Shown: positions 22,489-32,587, counted from the first letter of the stretch. The stretch: 44,368 nt of DNA from Pseudomonadota bacterium (GCA_027618305.1 JAQCFD010000002.1:1-44368), one strand, 5' to 3'. Notes: a model not told the origin generated them from the sequence alone. A program made the numbers and translations.

Positions 22489-23670
22489 ATGCCAGACACA
22501 ACAGCCGTGACGGCCGCATCGGGTCTGAAATCACGTGCCGCCGCGCTGGAGCCGAGCCTCGCTGCGCGCGCCCAGGCAACAGAACAGCTGCGCCGTATCC
22601 CCGACGAGACGATCGCCGACCTCAAGGCCGCGGGACTGCACCGCATTTGTCAGCCGGCGCGGTTCGGCGGGGCGGAAGCACCGCTTGATGCGGCCTGCGA
22701 TATTGTCGCGGCACTGGCGCGGGGCTGCAGCTCCACCGGTTGGGTGGCGGGTGTCTATACCGACCATCAGATTTTGATCGGCATGTTCGATGACCGGGCC
22801 GCTGACGCCGTGCGGGCTGAGAATCCCGATGCGCTGGTTTCCGCCGGGTTCACCCCCGGGGGGAAGCATGAGCGGGTCGACGGCGGCTGGCGGGTCTCCG
22901 GCAGTTGGGAATGGTCGAGTGGTTGCGACCATGCCGACTGGCTGATCGTGGGCGTGCTGTTGCCGACGGGGCCGGACGGCGCGATCGAGCCGAACTACTG
23001 CATCGTGTCACGCGACGATGTCGTGATCGAAGACAATTGGCATGTGATGGGCCTGGCCGGGACCGGCAGCAAGAATTTGCATGTCGAAAGCGCGGTCGTG
23101 CCTGATTATCGCGCATTGCCGTTTCGGATGGCGGGCGCAGGGGGTGCGGCCAGGGGCCAAACCGACGCGCCGGCGCTTTACCGGTTGCCCCACCCGCCGT
23201 GCGTGCCGTTCCTGCTGGCGGTGCCGTCGCTGGGCATCGCGGAAAGCCTGCTGGATGCCGTGGTCGAACAGATGGCCGGGCGGAGCTCGCGCGGGGTGCG
23301 GGTCGCGGAACACCAGACCCTGCAGGTGCACATCGCCGAGGCTGCCGCCCAGATCGACGCCGCGCGGCTGCTGGTGATGCGCGACACGGGCGAGGCGATG
23401 GCGGCGATGCATGCGCGCCGCGAGCTGACGCTGCTGGAGCGGGCGCGCAACCGTCGCGACCATGCCTATGTGGTGCGCGAATGCCGGGCCGCGGTCGACC
23501 GGTTGTTCACCACCCTGGGCGGCCAGGGCATCTTCCTGGACAACGCCCTGCAGCGGAAGTTCCGCGACATGCACGCCATGAGCGGGCATTTCGCACTGAA
23601 CTGGGATATCGCCGCGACGACCTACGGGCAGGTGGCGCTGGGCATCGACCCGCAAACCAACCTGAAGTGA
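22489..23670 (+). CDS. Acyl-CoA dehydrogenase-fold flavin-dependent monooxygenase (HsaA/DszC/HpaH-like oxygenase component)
   Basis: IPDETIADLKAAGLHRICQPARFGGAEAPLDAACDIVAALARGCSSTGWVAGVYTDHQ and the WRVSGSWEWSSGCDHADW blocks are typical of the ACAD type-2 oxygenase group. No reductase partner is nearby. Confidence 0.7.
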   Translation: MPDTTAVTAASGLKSRAAALEPSLAARAQATEQLRRIPDETIADLKAAGLHRICQPARFGGAEAPLDAACDIVAALARGCSSTGWVAGVYTDHQILIGMFDDRAADAVRAENPDALVSAGFTPGGKHERVDGGWRVSGSWEWSSGCDHADWLIVGVLLPTGPDGAIEPNYCIVSRDDVVIEDNWHVMGLAGTGSKNLHVESAVVPDYRALPFRMAGAGGAARGQTDAPALYRLPHPPCVPFLLAVPSLGIAESLLDAVVEQMAGRSSRGVRVAEHQTLQVHIAEAAAQIDAARLLVMRDTGEAMAAMHARRELTLLERARNRRDHAYVVRECRAAVDRLFTTLGGQGIFLDNALQRKFRDMHAMSGHFALNWDIAATTYGQVALGIDPQTNLK

Positions 23671-23675
23671 CCGCC

Positions 23676-24047
23676 ATGTTTTACGCCGACCACCCGCCCC
23701 TCGAGATCGTCGGGCAACTGATGATCGCGACCCTATTTCTGGGCACGCTACTGATCAACGCCGCGACCAAGGAGCGCCAGCATGTCGACCGGATGGCGGC
23801 GATGGGTATCCCGCTGTCCCGGGCGACCCTTTGGGCGGGTTTCGCGCTGCAGGCAGCCGGCGGGCTGATGGTTGCGATCGACTGGCAGGCGGGGCTCGGT
23901 GCGATCCTGCTGATTGTGTTCACGGTGCTCGCGAGCGCCATCTTCCATCGTTTCTGGACGATGGAAGACCCGCTGCGCCGTCACCTGCACCTGTCGTTCG
24001 TGTTCTCGAACATCGCCGTGATCGGGGCGTTGCTGCTGTTGATCTGA
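23676..24047 (+). CDS. DoxX-family membrane protein
   Basis: 123 aa with 4 TM helices. ...AGGLMVAIDWQAGLGAILLIVFTVLASAIFHRFW... is the DoxX pattern. The ATG at 23676 lies just after the monooxygenase stop; track ORF 23199.. is an extension. Confidence 0.7.
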   Translation: MFYADHPPLEIVGQLMIATLFLGTLLINAATKERQHVDRMAAMGIPLSRATLWAGFALQAAGGLMVAIDWQAGLGAILLIVFTVLASAIFHRFWTMEDPLRRHLHLSFVFSNIAVIGALLLLI

Positions 24048-24081
24048 CGCTCTCGATTTAGCGGTACAATTTCGGTTGGGC

Positions 24082-25008
24082 CTAACGGCCCTTCGCGGCC
24101 TCGAGATACGCCGTGTCGATATAGTGTTCAGGCCCGTGCAGGTCGTCGGGTGCCGGGCCGAACTCGCGGCGCAGGTCGAGCACGGTGGCGATGCCGGGCA
24201 TGTCGAACGTCCCGTCGCGGCGCATGCCGGTCTCGGCATCGAAGAACACGTCGAGGGCGCCGGCGGCGACGGCCTCGGGCATCTGCGGCATGTTCTCGGC
24301 GATGATATCCAGCGCGGCCTGGCGGTTGGCCGGGTCGTAGAGCCAGTTCACGGCCTCGAGCCAGCCGGCGATGAAGCCGGACAGATCCTCGGCATTCTCC
24401 CGCGCCCAGGCGACCCGGGCACCGCCGACGATCCCCTGATAGGAATCCAGCACGTCCGCCGCGCGGGCCAGAACATGGTGCCCCTTGGACGCACCCATGA
24501 TCTCGAACGGGGTGACCTGCAGCGTGCCCTTCTGTTCGGGATGCTCCATCATCGCCTGCCAGCGCTGCAACACACCGCCGGTGGACATCCATTCGATGCT
24601 GTTCTCATCGATGCCGTTCAGCGCAAGCATGCGCCGCAGGACGAAGGCGAAGCCGGTGGTGAGCGCGTCGGCCGTCAGGATGTTGCCGGGCAGGTCGGCG
24701 AAGGACTTGATGTCCTCCTGGACGACGAAGCGCAGGAACGCATCGTCCGAGCCCATGAAGGCGAACAGGTCGGTGTCGCCCTCGGCTGGCACCTCGCCCT
24801 GCTTTTCCTTGTAGGCGATGATGTTGTCGATCGCCGTCAGCATGATGTCGAACTTGCCCGCCGCGATGCCGGTCAGCTGCTCGATCGAATTCGGCGTGAA
24901 AATAATGTCCAGATCCAGGTTGCGGTGGGCGAAGAAGCCCTGCTTGTGCCCGGCCCACAGAGGCACGTTGATGGCCCCCGGAAATACGTTGATTGTTAGT
25001 GTCCGCAT
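24082..25008 (-). CDS. NMT1/THI5-like (SsuA/TauA-type periplasmic-binding-fold) protein without signal peptide
   Basis: MRTLTINVFPGAINVPLWAGHKQGFFAHRNLDLDIIFTPNSIEQLTGIAAGKFDIMLTAIDN is the type II PBP pattern. SD GGGGGA upstream of the ATG at 25008. No N-terminal hydrophobic segment, and no ABC permease or ATPase nearby. Confidence 0.7.
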   Translation of the reverse strand: MRTLTINVFPGAINVPLWAGHKQGFFAHRNLDLDIIFTPNSIEQLTGIAAGKFDIMLTAIDNIIAYKEKQGEVPAEGDTDLFAFMGSDDAFLRFVVQEDIKSFADLPGNILTADALTTGFAFVLRRMLALNGIDENSIEWMSTGGVLQRWQAMMEHPEQKGTLQVTPFEIMGASKGHHVLARAADVLDSYQGIVGGARVAWARENAEDLSGFIAGWLEAVNWLYDPANRQAALDIIAENMPQMPEAVAAGALDVFFDAETGMRRDGTFDMPGIATVLDLRREFGPAPDDLHGPEHYIDTAYLEAAKGR

Positions 25009-25097
25009 GTTTTCGTCCCCCTGATTGGCCCGCCTCGCCGCCATTCGGTATTCTCCGGTTTGTGCGCGCCATAAAAAAGCGCTTTGTTTGGCCCGAG

Positions 25098-25622
25098 ATG
25101 AACAAAATGATCACTATCACCCATGCCGGACGGCACCGTATCGACGTGATGCCCGGGCGTGCGTTGCGCCTGAGTGACGGAAATTTTCCGCTGTTCAAGC
25201 CGCCTGCGCCGGAATCAGTTGGCGGCCCTGACGAATGCCTGATGTTCCTGCGCGAACTGCACACGAGCTTGCTCGATGTGTTCGAAATCGCCATGCGGCG
25301 CTGGCTCGTGGCCTATTTCGACGCGGTCATCGACCGGGCTGACGCGATGCGGGACGATTTGCCTGTGCCGGGGGGCATGGAGGATGTCGCGAATGGTCAC
25401 CACGCCTGGTGTTATGCCGCCTACCGTCCGCTGATCCGGGCCCGGTTCGAGCATGAGAGCCAGACCGTCGAGGCCAGGGCCCTGTTCTGGCTCACCGACG
25501 GGCCGCTGGTCGTCCAGCCAGACGAGGATATCGATCCCCGCCTGCTGGATTACCTGACCGGCGTCGCGGCCCCGCACCATCCCTTTGTGCGGCGGCCGCT
25601 GGCCGGTTTACTCGGCCAATAA
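25098..25622 (+). CDS. Hypothetical protein (174 aa), no recognisable family
   Basis: ORF with GC-rich third positions, divergent from the NMT1-like gene. The start at 25098 (MNKMITITHAGRH...) was chosen over the track start 24993, which overlaps the neighbouring gene. Confidence 0.5.
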   Translation: MNKMITITHAGRHRIDVMPGRALRLSDGNFPLFKPPAPESVGGPDECLMFLRELHTSLLDVFEIAMRRWLVAYFDAVIDRADAMRDDLPVPGGMEDVANGHHAWCYAAYRPLIRARFEHESQTVEARALFWLTDGPLVVQPDEDIDPRLLDYLTGVAAPHHPFVRRPLAGLLGQ

Positions 25623-25626
25623 CGCT

Positions 25627-26838
25627 CTAGATGTCGAGCGTCAGGCAGTAAAGGCCGCCACCGTGACGGTCGACGCAGTAGACGATCCGGTTTTCATCGA
25701 CATAGACGTCATTGATCTGCGCCGTCGCGACCGGTGAGTTGTCCGGCTTCGGCGGCACGAAATACGCCACTTCCTTCGGCTGCAGCGGATCCTTCAGGTC
25801 GAACACCCGCAGGCCGCCGTTGAAGAAGGTGCCGAAGATCAGGTCGTCCGACTGGAAGGACGGTCCGGGCCGGTTTTCATGCAGATTGTGGGCCCCGAAA
25901 CGCCCGCCGCGATTGCGGAAGTCATCCAGCGGCGGCATCGGCAGGGTGCCGATCGGCACCAGATTGTCTTCCTTGCGGGCATCGACCACCCAGGCCAGCT
26001 TCGGCCAGTCCATGGCATCGTCGCGAATGCTTTCGTCGGTGACAATCAGGACGTCCTTGCTGAACAGCGGCAGCACGGTGTGGGCAAACCCGTTATAGGG
26101 CGGGCTGGGGTTCCATTCGCCGATCACCTGGGGGTTCGACTTGTCGGAGATATCCATGACGAAGGTACCGCCGTCGAGATAGCCGAGATACATGCGGTCG
26201 GGACGCTGGGGATAGACGTTGGTGTTGTGGGCGCGGAAGCCGGAATCGAACTCCGGGTGGCGCGGCGGCGGTGCGACGTTGTCACCTTCGCGGGTGCCAG
26301 GGTACCACCAGCGGCCGACCTCGCTCGGCTTCGACGGGTTGCGCACGTCGATGCAGCGGTAGAACTGGTCGTCCTTGGGGTGGGTCGGCACGAAGTCGTC
26401 CGAACCGCCGGCGAAATGGACATACTCGCCGTCGGCGAACCAGAGCTGATGGACGCCGCGCGAGTGGGGGCCGGAACAGTCGAAGAAGGAAATCGACTTC
26501 GGGTCTTCAGGGGTCGAGATATCAAACAGCTCCACACCCACCTTCTGTTCGTTCACGCCGGGCGTCTGGTAGGCGACGGCCATGATGTCACCGGTCACCT
26601 CAAGGGAGTTGGAGCGCATGTTGACGATGGGCAGATCGGTCTGCACCACGACTTTCGGGTTCTTCGGGTCGGAGACATCGACGCCGGTGAAGTTCTTCGG
26701 TCCCCGTTCGTGGGCGAGCCAGATGATGCGGCGGCCATCGGGCGCGATCTGCATGGCCATGCCTTCGCCCATGCCGCCAAAGCCGACAAGGGTGTCCTGG
26801 GACAGTAGTGTCATATTGTGAATTTCAGGTGCGGCCAT
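25627..26838 (-). CDS. LVIVD-repeat beta-propeller protein (cytoplasmic, no signal peptide)
   Basis: Repeated strands of the LVIVD type: GVDVSDPKNPKVV, ELFDISTPEDPKSI, IDVRNPSKPSEV, FVMDISDKSNPQVI, RVFDLKDPLQPKEV. Strong SD AAGGAGAG lies 7 nt before the ATG. Confidence 0.75.
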   Translation of the reverse strand: MAAPEIHNMTLLSQDTLVGFGGMGEGMAMQIAPDGRRIIWLAHERGPKNFTGVDVSDPKNPKVVVQTDLPIVNMRSNSLEVTGDIMAVAYQTPGVNEQKVGVELFDISTPEDPKSISFFDCSGPHSRGVHQLWFADGEYVHFAGGSDDFVPTHPKDDQFYRCIDVRNPSKPSEVGRWWYPGTREGDNVAPPPRHPEFDSGFRAHNTNVYPQRPDRMYLGYLDGGTFVMDISDKSNPQVIGEWNPSPPYNGFAHTVLPLFSKDVLIVTDESIRDDAMDWPKLAWVVDARKEDNLVPIGTLPMPPLDDFRNRGGRFGAHNLHENRPGPSFQSDDLIFGTFFNGGLRVFDLKDPLQPKEVAYFVPPKPDNSPVATAQINDVYVDENRIVYCVDRHGGGLYCLTLDI

Positions 26839-26886
26839 CGTGATTCTCTCCTTGGATCGGAATTTGTGCGGATTTGTTGGTGTCGA

Positions 26887-29232
26887 TTATACGACGTTTT
26901 TTTTTGCGTTTTGTATGGCCTGCCAAACTCTTTCCGGTGAGGCAGGCATGTCGATATGGCGGATACCGAGCGGGCGAAGTGCGTCGCACACGGCATTCAT
27001 GACCGACGGCAGCGCCCCGACGGTGCCGGCTTCGCCCGCACCCTTGAGGCCCATGGGATTGTTCTTCGAGGGTATGTTGTGCTCGTGCACGTCGAAGCTC
27101 GGGAAATCGTCGGCGCGCGGCATGGCGTAGTCCATGAAGGAACCGGTCAGGAGCTGGCCGCTGTCGGGGTCGTAGACCACGCGCTCAAGCAACGCCTGGC
27201 CCGCCCCCTGGACCACGCCGCCATGGACCTGGCCCTTGACCATCATCGGGTTCAGGGCGACCCCGACATCGTCGAAGACGGTATAGGCGATGATCTCGAC
27301 CACGCCGGTCTCCGGGTCGATCTCGACCTCGCAGGCGTGCGCGCCATTGGGATAGGTCGGCCCGGGCGGCACGATGATGGCGCCCTCGGCGAGCCCCATG
27401 TCCATCTCGCGCGGCATCTTCGCCGGCACGTAGGAGGCCTTCGCCACGTCGGGCAGGGTAATCGTGCGGTCGGTGCCGGACACGGTGAAGACGCCGTCGT
27501 CGAACTGAATATCCGCCGCCGCGGCTTCGAGCAGATGGGCGGCGATCAGGGTCGCGCGGGCGATGATTTTTTCCGATGCGCGCAGCAGTGCTGCGCCGCC
27601 AACGCTGATGGAGCGGGAGCCGAAGGTGCCCTTGCCATGATGGATCAGGTCGGTGTCGCCATACTGAACGCGGATCGAGTCGAACGGCACCCCGAGTTTT
27701 TCCGAGGCGATCTGGGCGAACGCGGTCTCATGGCCCTGGCCGTGGGAATGGGTGCCCATGAGCACCGACACGCCGCCATCGGTGTCAAAACGTACCGCCG
27801 CACTTTCCTCGTTGGGCAGTGGCAGGGGGCCGCCGGCGATCTCGATCACCGTGGCGATGCCCATGCCGCGCAATTTGCCACGGGACGCGGCCTCGGCCCG
27901 GCGGGCCTCGAAGCCGTCGCGGTCGGCGGCCTCCACAACCCCGTCGAGGCAGCCGGCGAAATCGCCGCTGTCATAGGTGAAGACGAAGCCCGTGTCGTAG
28001 GGCAGCGCGTCGTTGGGAATGAGGTTCCGACGGCGCAGCTCGACCGGGTCGATGCCCAGATCATAGGCGGCGGCGTCGATCAGGCGCTCCAGGCCGTAAG
28101 ACGCCTCGGGGCGCCCGGCCCCGCGATAGGTCGCGGTGGGGCTGGTGTGGGTGAACACGCCGCGCGCTTCGACATGCACATGGGGTGTCGTGTAGACGCC
28201 CGAAAGGCCGCCGAGATTGTTGGTCGGTGAATGGGGCCCGGAGTTGCTGAGATAACCGCCCAGCGCCGCGTCCGTGGAGACCTTGAGACCCAAAAACTTG
28301 CCGTCGGTATCGAGGGCCAGGGCGGCATGGGAGACGTTGTCGCGGGCGTGATAGTCGCTGGCCAACGCCTCGCTGCGGGTTGCGGTGAACCGCACGGGCC
28401 TGCCGGTGCGTCGCGCGGCCCACAGGACCAGCGCATGCTCGACAAAGGGGCTGCCGCGCATGCCGAAGCCGCCGCCCATATCCGGTGAAATGACCCGTAA
28501 CTTGCCTTCAGGGATGCCGAACACATTCTTCGCCAGGTCCGAGCGGAGCCGATGGGGGGACTGGCACCCGGCATAAAGCGTGTAGCGCTCTTCCAGCGGG
28601 TCGAAAAAGCCAATTGCCGCGCGCACCTCCATCGTGTTGGTGGACACACGGCTGATTTCATAGTCGAGCTCGACCACATGGGCGGCTGCCGCGAAGGCCG
28701 CATCGGTGGCGTCCTTGTCGCCGAGCGCGAACACGAAGCTCTCGTTGCCCGGTACCGTGTCCCAGACTTCGGGCGCGTCCGCATCCCTGGCATGACCGGT
28801 CTCGGTGAGGGGTGCACGCGGGTCGTAGTCGACCTCGATTGCCTCCGTGGCATCCACCGCCTCGGCGTAGGTCTCGGCGATCACCGCCGCGACGGCCATG
28901 CCGACGAGATGAACATCACCGTCGGCCAGGAGGGGATAGGGCGGCTCGACCATGGGAGAGCCGTCGCGCTGCTTGCGCTTCACGCCGCAGGCCAGGCCGC
29001 CGATACCGTCCGCCTTGAGGTCATCTGCCGTCAGCACCGCGACAACGCCGGGCATTGCTGCCGCGGCGGACGTATCGATGGCGCGGATGGCCGCCGCCGC
29101 ATGGGGCGAGCGCAGAATGGCCATATAGGCCGCGCCCGGCACCTTGCGGTCGTCGGTATAGTTGCCCTTGCCCGTAAGAAGGCGCCGGTCTTCCACCCGC
29201 GGCACCGACTGTCCGATGCCATATTCGCGCAT
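26887..29232 (-). CDS. Xanthine dehydrogenase/aldehyde oxidase-family molybdopterin-binding large subunit (CoxL-like, not a true CO dehydrogenase)
   Basis: IGQSVPRVEDRRLLTGKGNYTDD N-terminus, then GGGFG, ATYRGAGRPEA and the C-terminal GAGEAGTVGALPSVMNAV blocks. The active-site loop is YRGAGR rather than the AYRCSFR of form I CODH. The likely start is ATG 29232 (MREYGIG...). Confidence 0.9.
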   Translation of the reverse strand: MREYGIGQSVPRVEDRRLLTGKGNYTDDRKVPGAAYMAILRSPHAAAAIRAIDTSAAAAMPGVVAVLTADDLKADGIGGLACGVKRKQRDGSPMVEPPYPLLADGDVHLVGMAVAAVIAETYAEAVDATEAIEVDYDPRAPLTETGHARDADAPEVWDTVPGNESFVFALGDKDATDAAFAAAAHVVELDYEISRVSTNTMEVRAAIGFFDPLEERYTLYAGCQSPHRLRSDLAKNVFGIPEGKLRVISPDMGGGFGMRGSPFVEHALVLWAARRTGRPVRFTATRSEALASDYHARDNVSHAALALDTDGKFLGLKVSTDAALGGYLSNSGPHSPTNNLGGLSGVYTTPHVHVEARGVFTHTSPTATYRGAGRPEASYGLERLIDAAAYDLGIDPVELRRRNLIPNDALPYDTGFVFTYDSGDFAGCLDGVVEAADRDGFEARRAEAASRGKLRGMGIATVIEIAGGPLPLPNEESAAVRFDTDGGVSVLMGTHSHGQGHETAFAQIASEKLGVPFDSIRVQYGDTDLIHHGKGTFGSRSISVGGAALLRASEKIIARATLIAAHLLEAAAADIQFDDGVFTVSGTDRTITLPDVAKASYVPAKMPREMDMGLAEGAIIVPPGPTYPNGAHACEVEIDPETGVVEIIAYTVFDDVGVALNPMMVKGQVHGGVVQGAGQALLERVVYDPDSGQLLTGSFMDYAMPRADDFPSFDVHEHNIPSKNNPMGLKGAGEAGTVGALPSVMNAVCDALRPLGIRHIDMPASPERVWQAIQNAKKNVV

Positions 29233-29294
29233 CAGCGGCCCTCGGGAGGTGCCGGGGTTAAAAACCAAATCACAACGAAACCAAGCATCAGGAT

Positions 29295-30836
29295 CTAGTC
29301 ATCGATGATCTTGTCGCCTGGCTTACCGCCAGCCGCGAGGGTCGCCTCGCCCTGCTCGACGGCCTGATCCCAGGCCTTCGGTTTGAACGAGTAGTACAGC
29401 GCGATGACGATCATGAAGATGATGACGTCCGAAATCCAACGGCTGAAGATAAAGCTGAACGGGCTGTCGTCGGAGACGATCAGAACGTTGCGCAGCCCTT
29501 CTTCGGCAATCGGGCCCAGGATGATGCCCAGCAGAATGCCGGCGGGCGAGAAGTTGTACTTCTGCGCCAGGTAACCAATGATCCCCATGGCGATCATGAT
29601 CCACACGTCCCACGGGTTTCCGCTCGCGGCGAAGGTGCCGACGACGCAGAAGATCATGATGATCGGGGCCAGAAGGCCGCGCGGGAACAGGGTGACATAG
29701 GCCAGGGTGCGCGCCATCACGGCGGCGATCCCGCCCATGAAGAAGTTGGCGAGGATGAAACCCCAGATCACCGTGAAAATGACTTCCGGTGAATCCGTGA
29801 ACAACCGGTCACCCGGTTGCAGCCCGTGGATCATCAGCGCGCCGAGAATAACGGCCGCCGATATACCGCCGGGAATTCCCAGCACGAACATCGGGATCAG
29901 GGAGGTTCCCGTCACGCCGTTGTTGGAGCCTTCCGTGGCGGCGAGGCCCTTGACCTCGCCCTCGCCGAACTTGTCGCCGGGTTTGCCGCGCTGGATTTCC
30001 CAAGCATAGGCGATCCACTGGGCGACACTCGCGCCGGCGGCGGGCACGATTCCCATGATCAGGCCGGTCGTCCAGCCGCGTACCAGCGACCAGCGGCAAT
30101 GCATGATCTCGGACCAGCGGGGCATGATGTTCCAGCTGAGCTTGGCCTTGCCCGAAATATTGGTTTTGGGGCTGCCTTCGCACAAGGTCAGTGCCTGGGC
30201 GAACGCAAACAGGCCGATCACGGCGGGCAGGATGCCGACGCCGGACAGGAGACCGGTCATGCCGTAGTTGAAGCGGGGAAAGGCCGACGCGGCGTCGACG
30301 CCGATGGTGCTGATGAGCAATCCGACCAGGCCGGCGATGAGGCCCTTCAGCACGGCGCCGAAGGACACAGCCGCGATTGCCGTCAGGCCGAGCAGGGCGA
30401 CCACAAAGAATTCCGACGGGCCGAACAGAAGCGAGATCTTGGCCAGCGGCGGCGCCAGGTAGAGAAGGGCGAAGCCACTGATCAGGCCACCCATCACCGA
30501 GGCGAAGGTGGACATGCGGATGGCTTCGGTCGCGCGGCCGCGCTTGGTCATCTCGTAGCCTTCGATGGCCGAGGCCGCCGACGCCGAGGTGCCCGGTGCG
30601 CGCAGCAGGATCGCCGTGAACGAGCCGCCATAGATGCCCGCGGCATAGGTCGACACCATCAGGATGAGCGCGGTTTCCGCCGGCCATTCGAACGAGATCG
30701 GGATCATCAGGGCGATGGCCATGGGCGGTCCGAGGCCTGGAATGGCGCCGATGATGAGACCGACAACAATACCGACGAACATCGCGCCCATGTTGGCGAG
30801 CGTCAGAACGTTCAGGAGAAATTCGAGGCTTTCCAT
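29295..30836 (-). CDS. tctA: Tripartite tricarboxylate transporter large permease TctA (second system)
   Basis: 513-aa polytopic protein. GGSFTAILLRAPGTSASAASAIEGYEM and LGIPGGISAAV blocks parallel the first TctA. Confidence 0.9.
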   Translation of the reverse strand: MESLEFLLNVLTLANMGAMFVGIVVGLIIGAIPGLGPPMAIALMIPISFEWPAETALILMVSTYAAGIYGGSFTAILLRAPGTSASAASAIEGYEMTKRGRATEAIRMSTFASVMGGLISGFALLYLAPPLAKISLLFGPSEFFVVALLGLTAIAAVSFGAVLKGLIAGLVGLLISTIGVDAASAFPRFNYGMTGLLSGVGILPAVIGLFAFAQALTLCEGSPKTNISGKAKLSWNIMPRWSEIMHCRWSLVRGWTTGLIMGIVPAAGASVAQWIAYAWEIQRGKPGDKFGEGEVKGLAATEGSNNGVTGTSLIPMFVLGIPGGISAAVILGALMIHGLQPGDRLFTDSPEVIFTVIWGFILANFFMGGIAAVMARTLAYVTLFPRGLLAPIIMIFCVVGTFAASGNPWDVWIMIAMGIIGYLAQKYNFSPAGILLGIILGPIAEEGLRNVLIVSDDSPFSFIFSRWISDVIIFMIVIALYYSFKPKAWDQAVEQGEATLAAGGKPGDKIIDD

Positions 30837-30857
30837 GATCCGTATCTCCGCGCGGCG

Positions 30858-31307
30858 CTAAAAGAGGATGCCTTCGGGCAGAAATGCGCCGAGGACCAGG
30901 GTGAAAAATGCATACAGCAGCGGGAACAGGATGGCGGCAGTGACCACGATCAGCTTGTGATCGCGCAGGCCGGTCATGTAGGCCGCGATGAAGTAGAAGA
31001 AGAAAGAGGTGACGTAGAAGCCGATTTTGAAGACGGCGATGGAGTAAATCACGCCGAGCAGCATCACATAGACGGGCTTCCAGGCGGTGTAGGAGAAGTC
31101 GAACTTCACCATGCCCTTCAGGCGTTCTTTGTCCCGGGCGGTGAGGGAGCGTGCGAGCATGCCGAACGCGAGAACCATGATGCCAATTTCCGCGAATTGC
31201 GGGAACGCGCCAGCGCGTTGCGGCCAGCCAATCGTCTGGGTGTACATGAACCCAGCGGCCAGAATAATACCTATGGCGACAAGCCGTTCGGCCATCAATC
31301 GTGTCAT
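30858..31307 (-). CDS. tctB: TctB small membrane subunit (second system)
   Basis: 149 aa with 4 TM helices, between tctC and tctA. SD GGGGGGAA upstream. Confidence 0.8.
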   Translation of the reverse strand: MTRLMAERLVAIGIILAAGFMYTQTIGWPQRAGAFPQFAEIGIMVLAFGMLARSLTARDKERLKGMVKFDFSYTAWKPVYVMLLGVIYSIAVFKIGFYVTSFFFYFIAAYMTGLRDHKLIVVTAAILFPLLYAFFTLVLGAFLPEGILF

Positions 31308-31368
31308 TGAATTCCCCCCCAGGATATCTCGTGGCCGGAATGTTTTGTCGCGGTCATGAACGGGATAA

Positions 31369-31400
31369 CACGCCCCGCCGGATCAAACCGACGGGGCGTG
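31369..31400 (-). terminator. Intercistronic hairpin between tctC and tctB (second system)
   Basis: CACGCCCCG (31369-31377) pairs with CGGGGCGTG (31392-31400): a 9-bp stem with a 14-nt loop. On the minus strand it is followed by TTATCCCGTT. Confidence 0.45.
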
Positions 31401-31434
31401 ATTGTTGGAAACAGAGTTTCCGCTACCCGTATGC

Positions 31435-32424
31435 TTACTGAACGCCTTCCTGCTTCCAGTAGGCGGCCTGCTCGGCGACCTTCTGGCCGTCGCGCAGGAG
31501 CTGCCACATCTCGTCGCCTTCGGCGAACATGAGATGGTTCTTGTTGGCGGCTTCCTTGGCCGCATACTCAGGATTGGCAATGGCCCGCTTGATGGCGTCG
31601 AGATAGATCTTGCGCTTCTCTTCCTCGAGGCCGTTGGCGGTCGCCAGGGTGCGGCCGGCATAGGTGATGTTACGCTTGCCGGTGATCTCCTCGAACGTGG
31701 GGACGTCCGGCAGCAACGACCAGCGGGTCGGGTGCAGCACGGCGATCGGCCGCAGCTTCTTTTCCTCGATCGAGGGGATGAAGAAGCCGACGTTGGCGGC
31801 GATCAGGTCCACATGCTTGCCCAGCGCGAGCTGGATCTTGGAGTTGTCGCCCTGGCTGGTGACGAACTTCGCCTGAAAGCCCGGAACGGCCTGCTGCGCA
31901 AACGCGACACCGATATGGTCATCGCTGCCGAAGCTGCCCGGCGCCACGATGATCGGCTGTTTCTGGGCATAGGCGAGAACGTCTTCGAGGTTTTTGAAAC
32001 GCTCGTCGTCGTAACGCGTCAGCCAAAGACCCGGATCGTAGGAATGCCAGGCCAGGAAGTTGAAGGATTCCAGCTTCTCCGTGCGCTTCATGGCGGGGTT
32101 CAGGAACGAGAAGATGTGCGGAATGTTGACAACGGCCAGCTTGTGATCGTCGCGCTTCGGGTTCCAGTCGTTGACGACCTGGCTCCATGACACCCAGCCG
32201 CCACCGCCGGCGACGTTGGTGACTTTCACGGGCTGGCCGAGTTCTTCGGCGAGATAGGGAGCAAACAGACGGAACGTCCGGTCGGCACCGCCACCCGGTG
32301 CGAACGGCACCTGGAGCTGGACAGCTTTGCTCGGGAAATCCGCAGCGGATGCAGTGCCGGGAGCCCCGAAGGCGAACCCGGCTGCGGCAACTGCCGCGAA
32401 GGCGAATGATGTAAAACGTTTCAT
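31435..32424 (-). CDS. tctC: Bug/TctC-family substrate-binding protein (second system)
   Basis: Signal peptide MKRFTSFAFAAVAAAGFAFGAPGTASA, then FPSKAVQLQVPFAPGGGADRTFR. I chose the start at 32424 rather than the track start 32481. Confidence 0.9.
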   Translation of the reverse strand: MKRFTSFAFAAVAAAGFAFGAPGTASAADFPSKAVQLQVPFAPGGGADRTFRLFAPYLAEELGQPVKVTNVAGGGGWVSWSQVVNDWNPKRDDHKLAVVNIPHIFSFLNPAMKRTEKLESFNFLAWHSYDPGLWLTRYDDERFKNLEDVLAYAQKQPIIVAPGSFGSDDHIGVAFAQQAVPGFQAKFVTSQGDNSKIQLALGKHVDLIAANVGFFIPSIEEKKLRPIAVLHPTRWSLLPDVPTFEEITGKRNITYAGRTLATANGLEEEKRKIYLDAIKRAIANPEYAAKEAANKNHLMFAEGDEMWQLLRDGQKVAEQAAYWKQEGVQ

Positions 32425-32587
32425 AATTGGGACCACCCCTGATTGGTTTCTTGATTTATTGTCCGCAAAGCGTATCGCCATCGGGAGACGGACGGCAAAC
32501 CATTTTTCCGAAAGGAAAATAGTACCGCAGGTTGACTCGCGGGCGCTCTTTCTCTAGCGCGCGGATGGTGCACCGCAACAAGTTGCT

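Noticed and set aside
26887-29232. Aerobic carbon monoxide dehydrogenase large subunit (CoxL)
   Set aside because: The active-site loop reads TYRGAGRPEA instead of the AYRCSFR signature of form I CODH. No coxM, coxS or accessory cox genes are adjacent.
32502-32520. TTTTCC-GAAA-GGAAAA palindrome, and other short inverted repeats (9372-9387 GTGCGCC-gt-GGCGCAC before glcG; 34813-34831 before gdh; 34252-34267)
   Set aside because: These are short (6-7 bp) single-copy palindromes with no recurring pattern or adjacent regulator gene. They may be operators or small stems, but I cannot support a specific function from sequence alone.
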